Shown here piece after piece: positions 1 through 12,200 of a DNA stretch of 64,000 nucleotides. Each line of letters begins with the position of its first letter. Position 1 is the first letter of the stretch. Source of the stretch: Lytechinus pictus (Eukaryota); contig NC_087245.1 of assembly GCF_037042905.1 (NCBI RefSeq), positions 38,690,001 through 38,754,000 of the forward strand, read 5' to 3'. Both the position numbers and the translations under genes were made by a program. The notes beneath the pieces were generated by a model. The model ran no database searches, was not told the DNA's origin, and was given only the letters and a program-made list of their open reading frames with translations.

Positions 1-867
1 GTCTATGGGATGACCAAAGTGTCTGCACTTAGAATATTTTCGGTCTATGGGATGACCAAAGTGTCTGCACTTAGAATATTTTCGGTCTATGGGATGACCA
101 AAGTGTCTGCACTTAGAATATTTTCGGTATATGGGATGACCAAAGTGTCTGCACTTAGAATATTTTCGGTCTATGGGATGACCAAAGTGTCTGCACTTAG
201 AATATTTTCGGTCTATGGGATGACCAAAGTGTCTGCACTTAGAATATTTTCGGTCTATGGGATGACCAAAGTGTCTGCACTTAGAATATTTTCGGTCTAT
301 GGGATGACCAAAGTGTCTGCACTTAGAATATTTTCGGTCTATGGGATGACCAAAGTGTCTGCACTTAGAATATTTTCGGTCTATGGGATGACCAAAGTGT
401 CTGCACTTAGAATATTTTCGGTCTATGGGATGACCAAAGTGTCTGCACTTAGAATATTTTCGGTCTATGGGATGACCAAAGTGTCTGCACTTAGAATATT
501 TTCGGTCTATGGGATGACCAAAGTGTCTGCACTTAGAATATTTTCGGTCTATGGGATGACCAAAGTGTCTGCACTTAGAATATTTTCGGTCTATGGGATG
601 ACCAAAGTGTCTGCACTTAGAATATTTTCGGTCTATGGGATGACCAAAGTGTCTGCACTTAGAATATTTTCGGTCTATGGGATGACCAAAGTGTCTGCAC
701 TTAGAATATTTTCGGTCTATGGGATGACCAAAGTGTCTGCACTTAGAATATTTTCGGTCTATGGGATGACCAAAGTGTCTGCACTTAGAATATTTTCGGT
801 CTATGGGATGACCAAAGTGTCTGCACTTAGAATATTTTTGGTCTATGGGATGACCAAAGTGTCTGCA
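1..867. repeat. 42-bp minisatellite, about 20.6 near-identical copies, runs off the left window edge
   Basis: Unit gtctatgggatgaccaaagtgtctgcacttagaatattttcg repeated head-to-tail. Only two single-base variants seen (near 129 and 839). Confidence 0.98.
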
Positions 868-944
868 TTTCTTTCGGCTAAAAGGCCAAAGTATCACCAC
901 TATCGGCTAATTTTTCTGCTTTCTCAGCAGGAAAATTATTCTCT

Positions 945-1031
945 GCAAAAGGCACTAGCACAACAGTGGGAATCAAATCTGTGCCATCAGAATCCAATAC
1001 CCTGCTGTACCGACTGAGCTATCACGCCTCC
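945..1031 (-). mobile_element. tRNA-derived SINE 5' fragment
   Basis: Reverse complement begins ggaggcgtgatagctcagtcggta (A-box-like), followed by a degenerate B-box gatttgattccc. Confidence 0.5.
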
Positions 1032-1354
1032 CGATGCAATCGATTTTATGAATATGCTAATAAGAGAACTAATAGTGCCTGCTCATTTAATGTTACATAA
1101 GATAGTAAACTCGTTAACCAGTAATTTTACAATTTGGTTAACCTGTGAGTCAGATGATTTGCTACTTGTGATGTATATTTTGTCTGTCTTTAATCTGATT
1201 ATTTGTCTGTAAATGATTTAATTTTCAATTAAATGATTTTTTATCAACAATCCAAACAGACCTCAGACTTATATTTCTGAAGTGTATTTCAATGTAGATT
1301 GATAGCTGGATCTACTGTAATGAATTTCTGAAGATACTTATGCAGACATTGTTG

Positions 1355-1567
1355 CAATTCGATGGATTCACAATACGATGCGCCACCAATCGGTTTCAGC
1401 CGACAGGCCGAAATTTGCAATGCCCCATTAGAAAAAGCCGACATCTGTTGTTGTTTTGCGCTAGTGCATGTATATCCACCTCTATGCATGCATGATGTCG
1501 ACCCCCAAAGTTAGAAATTGGCCTGCAACCGGTAGATGGCGCACCGTATTGTGAATCCATTGAATTG
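1355..1567. mobile_element. MITE with about 30-bp terminal inverted repeats
   Basis: caattcgatggattcacaatacgatgcgcca ... tggcgcaccgtattgtgaatccattgaattg. Confidence 0.8.
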
Positions 1568-1734
1568 TAGAAACATATTACTTAAGATTTTGCAAAAATC
1601 CATCAGAAAATAAGCCATGGATCTTTCAAGTTTTACCATTGTGACATCACAAGTGAGCAGCTCCCCCGTTTGTCATGTGATATTAATTCCATGGAATGTA
1701 ATGAGAATAATTGATGATGAAATGATGATGAAAA

Positions 1735-1987
1735 TCCATATTTCATTATTAGAAATACACATGAAATAAAATACTCAGAAAACTTGCTTTGCCCAATCGA
1801 TCGTGGGCCCGGCAGCCGCTGTGCAGCGCCAGATCGACGAGGCTCTATCCCTTTAATCGTTGAACGTTGAACAGGGTAGCAGCAACTTCCATCTTTTAAC
1901 GTCTTTTGGTCTGACGCGGCCGGGGTTTGAACCCCCGACCTCCCGGTTGTGAGACAGACGCTCGTCCAACTGAGCCAATGCACTGGT
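1735..1987 (-). mobile_element. tRNA-derived SINE
   Basis: Reverse complement has A-box tggctcagttgg, B-box ggttcaaaccc, a non-tRNA body and an AT-rich tail. Confidence 0.8.
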
Positions 1988-2616
1988 TACAATATTTACT
2001 TTTGACAAACCATGAATGAGTGGTCCAAAATATAATTTATTGAATTAAATTTAAATTGTACATAGTAAAATTGATCCTACAGTACAGCAATATGTCACGA
2101 TCATGCTAGCTTTGCAAGTAATTTGCCAAAGATTTTCTGTTGTCATGAACCATTAAAAAGCATAATATTCAATGAATTTATATTGCAAGACAGATGGGGC
2201 AGCTGCTTATCTTTTAACATTAAAAAAAAAGTATTTAAAAAATCAACAATTGATAGTTCTTATTCTTTTGATGGATTTTTATCAAATCTTTACTTACATT
2301 TTACTTTTTTTTTAATGAAAACCATATTGTCAGTGAGTAGTTCTCCTTTAATGGAGCATGAAACTCTAGAAACGAGTTAGTTTGTGTGAAAGGAGAAAAA
2401 TCAAAACAAGAGAACAATATTCTTTTGGAAAAACATTGGAGCATCTGAATATTGAGATTACTAATGCTATGGTGATCCTTCCATTGGCAATGCAAACAAT
2501 AAATGTTGCACATGAAGTCTCCCCTCTGAACACTCAAAAACACCAAAACATCTTTTTACCCATTCTAATGATTTGACAAACCATCCATCGTGTACAATGC
2601 TGGGAAAAACCCAAAG

Positions 2617-2777
2617 GGCATTTCATGAAAGTTGTTGGCACTGACGAACTTGTCAGCGCTAATAATATTAGTGAAAGTCCTTTGTTTTGATTGGTGAAGA
2701 AGCACTGTCCTATACTACAGTAAAACTGTCAGAGGAAGACAACTTTTCAATGCCGACAACTTTCCTGAAATGGTCCC
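2617..2777. mobile_element. Short Harbinger-like MITE
   Basis: gggcatttcatgaaagttgt ... acaactttcctgaaatggtccc. Confidence 0.6.
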
Positions 2778-4854
2778 TGTATAACACGTCCTCTCATAAT
2801 AAAAAAACAAATCTGATCTTGCGATACACTAGATAAAAGAGAAAAAACCCAAAGTAGCATTAGTGATTTCTATGTTCAAATACTCATAAAATTTCTTGCA
2901 ATTCAATTTTTCTAAAGATTTCATTGAGTGGTTTTATTATTTTCCTCTTTTATATAAGTGGTTTCAAGGGAATCATCCTCCTTCAAGCTGAGCTGTAAAT
3001 GACACAATAATTCAACAGCAAGTCCTTTCATTGGCTGATAAAAAGATCAATTAGAATTTATTAGTATATAAATTGAGACAGGCAATCGTACATGGCTAAG
3101 TCCGATTACATAATCTGACTTAAATTACAAGATAATATAAAAGAATCTCATTGAATGGTAATCAAAAATGCATGATTGTCTTAACAAGCTTAAAGTGTCA
3201 CAATATTACATATATATCATTTACATGACAATAATGTGACCATCAGTCCCAAAACCCACCATAACTCAGCCAAAATGAATTTTGGAATTCCGTAATCAAA
3301 GTTTGAAAAGCAGAGCCTAAACTTTAAAAATCATATACATGTAGCTTGTCAATTGATTCAATGTAGAAGAAATTGATTAAGACCTTCAGAGAATAAGGTG
3401 ATTTTTTTTCTAATTATGGGCGAAGAAAGGAGAAAAAAAAGATAAGAATTTTGGAGTTCAATTGAGCATGATACAATTATCATTTCTTTTATTTTGGAAG
3501 ATATGTCACAAGCATATTGAGCAAGCTGGGTGAGTCCTCCATTAGGAAAAAAAATTCTCAAAGTACGGAACTCCTATATTGATAGACAGACCAATATTTA
3601 CTAGAAAAGTGTAGTAATTGTTGCTGTTAAAACCACAAGAATCATGCTACATGTTTAGCATGTTACAAACGTCACCACTATTTCAACATTTATTAATGTT
3701 CTAATTGGACCCAATGAATGACAGATTATTTAGAATTTTTGAGAAAAAAAAAGTTAGTTCACTTTTATGTGAATAATGAAATGAAAAAAAAGTGAAGCCA
3801 ACCTTTTCAAATGTGTTTTACTGATCTTCTATAATTGCATTTATCTTTATACGAATAATAAAATGAAAAAAAGTTGGAAACAACCTTCTCAAGCGTGTTT
3901 CACTTTTTTATAATTGCATTTAAAAGCATGTATCTCGGGATCCTCGACCCCCCCCGGCCCCCCACCCTCTTTTACATGTTTGTATTTGAATCATTTCTTA
4001 CATAAAAATAGCACTGCTTCACTTTATACACAATTCAAACTACTTTCATTTATATATTCTCTCTATAAATACATTTTCTCTCTTTTTTCAGGTATTTCCC
4101 CTCTAACAAATGCTAAATTATTAAGTACTAGATTTTGATTTAGCTGTATTAATATGAAACTGAAATGTTTCTAAAAATAAAACTAAATACATAAAAGACA
4201 TGCAAAATAACACACTTGCCTGTACATGCATCTACACACAGAGTCATGCAAAGAAATGTATGCGACTAGGAATGAACAACAAAATGATCACATTTCATTG
4301 ATAAACATAAAAACGGTATCATATTTCAGATTCAATACTTATCCATAGGCTAACAAGGTAAACCATTCTTCTCTTTAAAATGATTTAAAGCCAATTTGCC
4401 ATTGTTCAATTAAATAGCATCATCTCAAGTCTTACAATGCTTAAAGAGTCCCTGGCTCAATACCCAGAATGCAACAGTATCGTGTAGTCTTATAATTCAA
4501 ACCATCCAATAGACTGACAAAGACGTTTTTCAACTCAACTTTACAACAAATATTATGCAAAGGATCAAAAGGTACACAGATTACCTCCAAATATTCTCAA
4601 TTCCAATAATGATCAAATGGCCAGCCTGACTCAAACCAAACTTCAAAACGTTCATTTCATCCTTTTATCAAGAGGCTTACATATCAAGACTATTCTACAG
4701 CACATGACACTATTAATTGCAAAATTACAATATTTTGAAGACAACAACCCCTTCCATATCATTTATTTGTACAAACATTTGGGTGGTCATTTTATTGGAT
4801 TCTGGTTGAACTTATTTTGAGTTTGTTACTACAACAAGCATTTATCTTTTAAAA

Positions 4855-5122
4855 ATAATAATAATAGCTGGATTTATAAAAGCGCTTTTTGCCTGAGGAT
4901 ACAAAGCGCTGCTATTACTACCCCGGCTTTAGCTCGAGCTACCATCACCGGCGCTCAGTGCATGCAAGGAATTACTCCTGCCGGGTACCCATTCACCTCA
5001 CCTGGGTCGAGTGCAACACATTGTGGATAGATTTCTTGCTGAAGGAAAACACCATGGCTAGGATTCAAACCCACGACCCTCTGTTTGAAAGGTGAGAGTC
5101 AGAACCACTAGACCACGGCGCG
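4855..5122 (-). mobile_element. tRNA-derived SINE (second family); further copies at about 9350-9621 and 60380-60640, fragment at 5975-6090
   Basis: Reverse complement gcgccgtggtctagtggt...gggtttgaatcc, core cccaggtgaggtgaatgggtaccc, (att)n tail. Three alignable copies in the window. Confidence 0.85.
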
Positions 5123-5667
5123 TAAAAAATACATGATAAAAACTTACATGATATTTTTATAAGGTAATTTGAGTTACAATAAGTAGAATGGTCACTAGGT
5201 ATATAAACAGGTGGAGTGACAACCATATATCTTGTGGATGAAGTACATGTAGTCAACCTTTTAAGTAAAAACATTTCAAATAAGGAAAGACAAGACTTGA
5301 AATTGTTTGTACTTTAGTGAAAGATTTCATAAGTAGATTATTAAATAGGTGAAGGGATAACCATATATTGTGTAAGTACATGTAGTCAAAGTAAAAACAG
5401 TTCTTATAGAGAAAGACAAGACTTGCAGTGGTATAAACACATTTTGGTGCATTCTTAAAATCATTGCTTTCTAATTCCATGCCAATGACAAGAGAGAAAG
5501 CTTCAGTTGGCCTTCTTGAAAAGGAATGCAGCATATGATAATAAAGTGGCAACCTGGACAATCGTTTCAGCAAAAATAAATAACAAAAATATGCAATTTT
5601 ATACAGTAGTCTATAAATGTTTCTGAGCACTAACTGTTACTAACCTTGCTTTAACGTGGCTATCTGA

Positions 5668-5937
5668 GGCCCGTCTTACAAAGAGTTACGATTGATCCAA
5701 TCGATCGCAACTATGGATGGCCAGCAACGTCAATATGTATTATTCATGTTTGTTCAAAATATTTTCTATCTATGATGTATATTCATGCATTCATTATTTT
5801 CTTGAAAATTCACTATGCTTCTCTTTGTTTAAAAAGGACATTGTGCAAATTTCCTATAGAAAAAATCATGATACTGATGGATTTCCATAGGGTTACGATT
5901 GATTGGATCAATCATAACTCTTTGTAAGACGGGGCCC
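5668..5937. mobile_element. PIF/Harbinger-like MITE with 3-bp TGA TSD; related copy at 62056-62532
   Basis: tga|ggcccgtcttacaaagagtt ... aactctttgtaagacggggccc|tga. Confidence 0.85.
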
Positions 5938-6172
5938 TGAACAGGTACTCCAGAATTTAAGAAATCTCTTCATACCAGGAACCCATGTTCTACACCTGGG
6001 TGGAAAGTGGCAAATGTCGATGAATGTGTAGCAGTTGGATTTGAACCCCGGCTCTTGTGATTCAAATCATTCAATATCAGACAACTGATCCACAATACTT
6101 CTACAAAAGCAGATAGAAAATTGTTATATTTCAAAATGGTCATATTCCAAAAAGGCAATTTCTCATCTGCGG

Positions 6173-6262
6173 CTAGACACTCGAATCATCATCAGAACCT
6201 GGCTGAGCCCAAGAGCGCCCTCTGTCCAGCAGTGATTCCGTGCCTGTTACTCGTCTCTCAAC
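6173..6262 (-). CDS. C8orf34: C8orf34-like last coding exon
   Basis: VERRVTGTESLLDRGRSWAQPGSDDDSSV*. Confidence 0.82.
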   Translation of the reverse strand, partial: VERRVTGTESLLDRGRSWAQPGSDDDSSV

Positions 6263-9200
6263 CTACAGATAGCAGAGAGAGAGAGGAAAGTGGAGAACAC
6301 ATGATCTTGAATATTCAGTAAAAATACTGTCTTCTTTAATGTCATAAGGATCACACATTACCATGGCACTTCTTACACATACATGTAACATCTCCCCCCC
6401 AAAAAAAAAAAAAAAAAAAAAACCTGTGTGAGATATACCACAATACAATACTTTTGTTTAAAACGCTACACATGTTTAAAAGATAAATACAGACCAAAAA
6501 GTGAAGAAAAAAAAAGAAGGATAGACTAAAGACAAAAAGGAAAAAATGGATGAAAAAATATAGGAATGAAGAAATAAAATAAAAGGAACAAAAGAGAGAG
6601 CAAGAGAAAGAAAAGGAATAAGAAAGGGGTTTCTTTTAAGTTTATAGAATGTAAAGGAATACAAAAAGTAGATAGGAACAATGAAATTAAGAAAGACACT
6701 CAGAAAAAAGCAAAAAAAAGAGAGAAACTAAGAAAAAGAGGAAGATCAAAACAACAACAAAGAAATAAAGATGTAAGAACAAAAAAGTCGGGAAGAAACA
6801 GAGAAAGAACTATTAGAGACTGTTCACCTCTGACGTATATGAAGATGATTCCCATCTCTGAGATGATCTAACCTCTCTGCTCGTCTGTACATGATATGAG
6901 CTACTACCTTCAGCACCTCCGCTCTTATACTGGGATGAACTCTGGAATAACTCACTCGCTTGGCTACAAACCAAATCAACAAACAATGTATTCTTCATGA
7001 AATAATGTCTTTCTGAGCCATTTTATTCAATAAATGAATAAGAAGGATTGTTAACCTTCATCCAGGATCTACATGTAAACTATTGTTTTTTTCTCTTGCA
7101 GAGGATAATTCAAACCTGTAGAGATTTTAACGCTGATAAGTTCTTCTCAACCCCATTTTTTTTTTCTCTTTTTAAAGCTTAATGAAAGTAGTTGCAGTAA
7201 AACACTGATTTCATGAGAAAGTCTGTAAAATCAAGGTTAAATATTACTATATCATCGTGGATCTAGATCTGGTACAGTTACATAATCTGAACTTTGTGAA
7301 AATCATAAAATCTAAGCTGCAAAACGATCACACTAAAGATCGCCAACACAGATAGGCACACGTGGGACAGTGTATTATTATTGCTGGAATAAAGACCCGA
7401 CGGAAGTGCCCGAATCCGCGCTTATTTCTCAGCAATTACACAATTTCTTCCAGAATCCTTTGGCACATATTTTTTCATTCATACAAACAGGCACTTGGGT
7501 GGTCATTATATTGGATTCTGTAAAAAGTCATTTTGAGATTGTTACCGCAGCTAGCATTTATATTTAATTGTCATACTTTGTAATGTCAACATTTTATACT
7601 GTTTGAAATACCAAATAAACAACAATAATAGTTATAATAATAATAATAAAACATCCATGTGATTTGACAGATATACATTACATGTATCTACTCACTCGTG
7701 TGTCATACTGCGTGTTGTGCCAGGTCTGACGGAATGGACATCATCTAAGAAAGTAAGGTAGGGATTGACTTACTACATCAAATAAAACCCAACATGGATC
7801 ATGAAAAATTTGGCACTATTGCAGGAGTTAACTTAGAGCACAATCGTGAATAAGGATAATGAGGTGGCAATTGGCAAATCGGATAAGGAATTGATTGATT
7901 TTAAATTACCGTGGAGCAATAATAATAATAATACATGAAAAGGCTAAATTACTAAACAGAATATGATATACACAATGACTCTATCTCTCTCTGGGAAGAC
8001 AATAGAATCACAGAGCATTTTTTTAATTGACTTAATTTCACTAGAAATATTACGTTATTGTACAGAAAAATCTTTATTTCAAATGAAAATTTACTTTTAA
8101 TACTTATACAAGAAACATAACTTAACTTTACATGAATATTATTTAATTTTACAAAAGAGATATAACTTAATTTTAAAGCAGATACGAACCAATAGCGCCA
8201 TCTCGAGTCCTCAACTACTCATACCTGGACAGTTTCATGACCCATAATGCTACTGTAGTCTAGTTATATAGACCCACTTGAATGATAACATGCTAATTAA
8301 CTACTCAATACATTAATACTGCAATAATTAGGTTACCAAGTAGCAAAACAATTACTTTTCCTCTAAAAACATTTTAGTTTCTCTATACAAATATAATTAT
8401 ACATGTAGGTCAATTTATTGTCTGTAATATTAGTAGATATCTGAAAACGTACATTTTAGGACTATGTATTTATAACACACAGTCAATGAGAGACTACACA
8501 CAGTTCACTCCCCCTTTAAATTAAATTTTACAAACCTGTTGTTCCTTCCCATGCAATTGGTCTCTGTTATATAGAGAAAAATGAAAGAGAATATAAGTCA
8601 CAAAGACTTTTCTATAAAACCCATGTTACAATATATAGGTTGTTTTACAATCAGGTTATATTATACGAAAAACGGTTTCTGCACATCACAAATAAAAATT
8701 TGTTTAATACTATCTAAAATCTATGACAGCAAGCGAATAGAAATTATTAGCATAACCTACTAGAAAAAAGAGATCATGTTTCCTTCTCAAAATTAACCAT
8801 ATTCAGCATTTTAGGGCCAATATTCTGTCTCATGTTGGTATTTTTTTAAACCAATTTTGAGCCTGCTCATCTTTATCATCCAGAGAACTGTTTTACCATT
8901 TAGAATGATATGTGATTGTGTAAAAACTGAAAACCCTAGAAGCTACGGACAATTTTATTTTTTTGTGACTACTAACCAAATTGGGTGGTAATTCTGTCCA
9001 AAAAAATATTGTCCTCTTCGAAAACAGTATTTTGGAGAAAGGGGGGGGGGATGACTTACAGGCCCAGTCACTTGTGAAGCGCTCTCAAAGTCCGAGCTTG
9101 AGCTGAATGATACCTCGCTAGAGCTGTCAATGCTTGCGTAGGCACCGTACCCTTGGGTGAAACCTGCGGCTGTACTGGCTCCGTCCCCACCTCCTACAAC

Positions 9201-12200
9201 ACTACAAGAACAAAAAGAATGGTCTTTGGTACCCTGGCCACAAGTCACAGGACAAAAACATGAAAATGTGTAATCTATGAAATACTTTACATGAATATGA
9301 AGGGATAGCATTCGAAGAGAAACTGTAATGAGCTTTGTCACAGGTATTACTAATAGCTGGATTTCTAAAGTGCTTTTTGCCTGAGGATACCAAGCGTTGC
9401 TATAATTACCCCGGATTTAGCTCGAGCTACCATCACCGGTGCTCAGTGCATTCAAGGAATTAATTCTGCTGGGTACACATTTCCTTCACCTGGGTCAAAT
9501 ACAACAGTGTGGATAAGTTTCTTGCTGAATTGCTGAAGGAAAACATGCCATAACAAAGGATTCGAACCCACGACCCTTTGTTTAAAAGGAGAGAGTCAGA
9601 ACCACTAGACCACAACGCGCCAACATTACATATTGTGAAAGAAAAAAAAACATTGCATCACAATCAGAACCATAATAACAAGGATTGAAAATGAAAAGTT
9701 CTGTATTATCTTGGCGTCAGTGGTACTTCTGTAATTTTAAGGGGACAACATACATAACGAAACTTACTTTGCACATCGACTGCAGACTCCAACTTTTACT
9801 TGAGGAGCAGGGGGCGGTCTACGACGAACCTATTCAAAAACAGATTATTATTTATAAAATAGGTTGAAGGATGTAGCCAATAGCGACTGTGTATGTATGT
9901 AACATGTTCATGCTTTAATTCTTCGAAACAACATATTGTGCAAGATTTCCTACAATATCCTAAAGATTAACCAATATTAACTCAAAATTGATGTGATTAA
10001 TTCTGCAAGATTTTTCTACAATGTCCTAATTTCCAAGACTAATCAACACTTACCCAAAATAGCTGACATAAGGTGCATATTTTTCTACAATATTCTAAAA
10101 CTAAAGACTAATATAGCTTATTTTAAATTATATAAATTATTCTCCATACTTATCATGGATTTGATTTTTTCTTTCAATGATAATGAATAAGGTGGTCAGA
10201 AAAAGACTGTTTGAACTGATTGCAATAGAATATATTATAAAAAAATTAAATATGCACTGACCTTTTGACCTGTGCTCTTGACATTTGTCATCCCTTCATC
10301 CATCAGATCACTTACATCTTCTGTAAATGTATAATGACAAAATAAAGATATTAGAATTATAATAGAGAATAAAAGTAACACTACTGTTTTGGCAATATCT
10401 TTCATAAAGTAATATGATAGGAATATTTTATTCAGTGGACAATGTCTGCTGGCAGTTTTTCATTACAAAAAACTTCCAACGAATCTTAGTCGATAAAAAG
10501 GAAACAAGTAGTGCAAGACCGGTGTGTATAGGCGGAAGCGGTTTGCTTCACGGCGACCGTGCTAAGTCATCCACAATACTCTTACTGACGTTTCGCATAA
10601 CTGTCATAAGACTCCTAAAGGCAAAAAAAGGCAAAGCTGCAGCCTCCACCAAAATTATAGGCTAAACTCAACGGAACGAGAGCCATCTTACCCAGGACGT
10701 CGGTAGCCTCTTCATACCCTCCCTGGTCTGGATCGTCCGCCTCTCCTCCGCTATCGAGATACCCCAAGGTCTCCACCTTTCTCTGTGCCTCTACCAATGC
10801 CGCCAGTTCTTCCTTGTGTTTCTTGGCCTTCTGATCAGGCTTAGCTCTTCTCTGCTCTCTGTATGAAAATCAATCGGTGGATAGTGAAAATGTTCCCCAA
10901 CCTCCAATCAATTTTCCCACCAGTTTTATAGTTTTTTATGAAGATTACTTTATGAGTTTCATAATGCATGTTCACTATGACAGGCTGGTAGGTCTACATA
11001 TTTTCCCTAAGTGTGTATTATGAAAACTACAAATTTTCCCTAAGTGTGTATTATGAAAACTACAAATTACACTTCACAATGATCATTTGAGTATGCTACG
11101 TACAGTATATCTGAAGATCTGCAATTCCTATAGATATCAATTACAGATTTCATGATCCAAGGCAAATACTGTAGTAAATTCTGTTTTTTGTGCACACTTT
11201 AAAAGAAAATAATGGTGTGTTTTTCCATCTAGGAAATTAAATTGGGGACCCATATTCCAGGGATACTCCATAAAACTCTTCATATTTTTAACAAACTGAA
11301 ATTTGCCGACATCCCTTTGTTGATTCTATAACATGTTTGACAATTGGAAGTCTGAAAACTTATCCCTTACTTTAATGTAAATCTATACAGTAGGAAAAAA
11401 AGAAACTATCAAAAGAAAAAACACCAAGTAAAACTAAAACATTTTTAATCATACTTCAATTGTAATAGATATTTATTTATCTGGGCAAACAAGTCCAATC
11501 TGTATTGAAGACATTCTTTGATTATTATTATTTCTATTTATTTATATTTCTTTCCTTCTTACATTTTCTTCTTTTCCGATTCCACAGAGTCCGTCTTTGG
11601 GGACTCCTTCTCGTATCGTTTCATGAGTTTATCAGCTGACAGTTCCTCCGCTAGGAAGGCCTCTTCCACCTGATCAGGAGGTTGGTAGGGCTTGGGTGGA
11701 GGAGGCTGATATGTCTTGGGGTCCTACCGGCAAGAGAATAGAACAAGTCATGAAACAATTACTTTCTTTTGTTCCCCTTATGAATAGTAATTTCTTTATG
11801 TGGTACAGTCAGAAACAAACATATTAACTATTTAGCACAATATAGATATTAAATATTATTATATTAATGTCCTTAGTTCTGTTTAAATAACAGATTATCC
11901 AGGGTCATTCCTCACCGAAAAAAAAAAATCCAGTTTCAATGTGCCTTGATATAAACCCAAAGCTAGCACACTTCCTAAAAAAAGCACAAAATCATGGAAA
12001 TTCGTCTGTACATGAAATATACAGCACATACATACATGTAAATATGTATTATATTTATTTATTCTCTATGAGCACGGGTGTATTTGTAAGTAAAATCCTA
12101 AGAGTGCAGTTATTATATATTCGACACTTACTATTAAGAATGTTATCATTTGCTACAATTTAACAGATTTACTTTTAACAAGTGGAGCGCCTCTGGCAGT

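Noticed and set aside
1..867. CRISPR array
   Set aside because: Units are contiguous and identical with no unique spacers. The context is eukaryotic and no cas genes are present.
10..1017. 335-aa ORF as a real gene
   Set aside because: It is a translation of the 42-bp minisatellite with no domain or splice support.
1900..1987. Functional tRNA genes here and at about 5050-5120, 9550-9620 and 37450-37505
   Set aside because: A/B boxes run into SINE bodies or lack a complete cloverleaf and acceptor stem.
8190..8259. Extra C8orf34-like exon (tag|ACTACAG…CAG|gtatga)
   Set aside because: Weak acceptor, and inclusion frameshifts into a stop. The gene is complete without it.
11021..11087. 33-bp exact tandem duplication (also an approximately 85-bp imperfect one at 3740-3920)
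   Set aside because: Ordinary intronic or intergenic slippage with no further structure.
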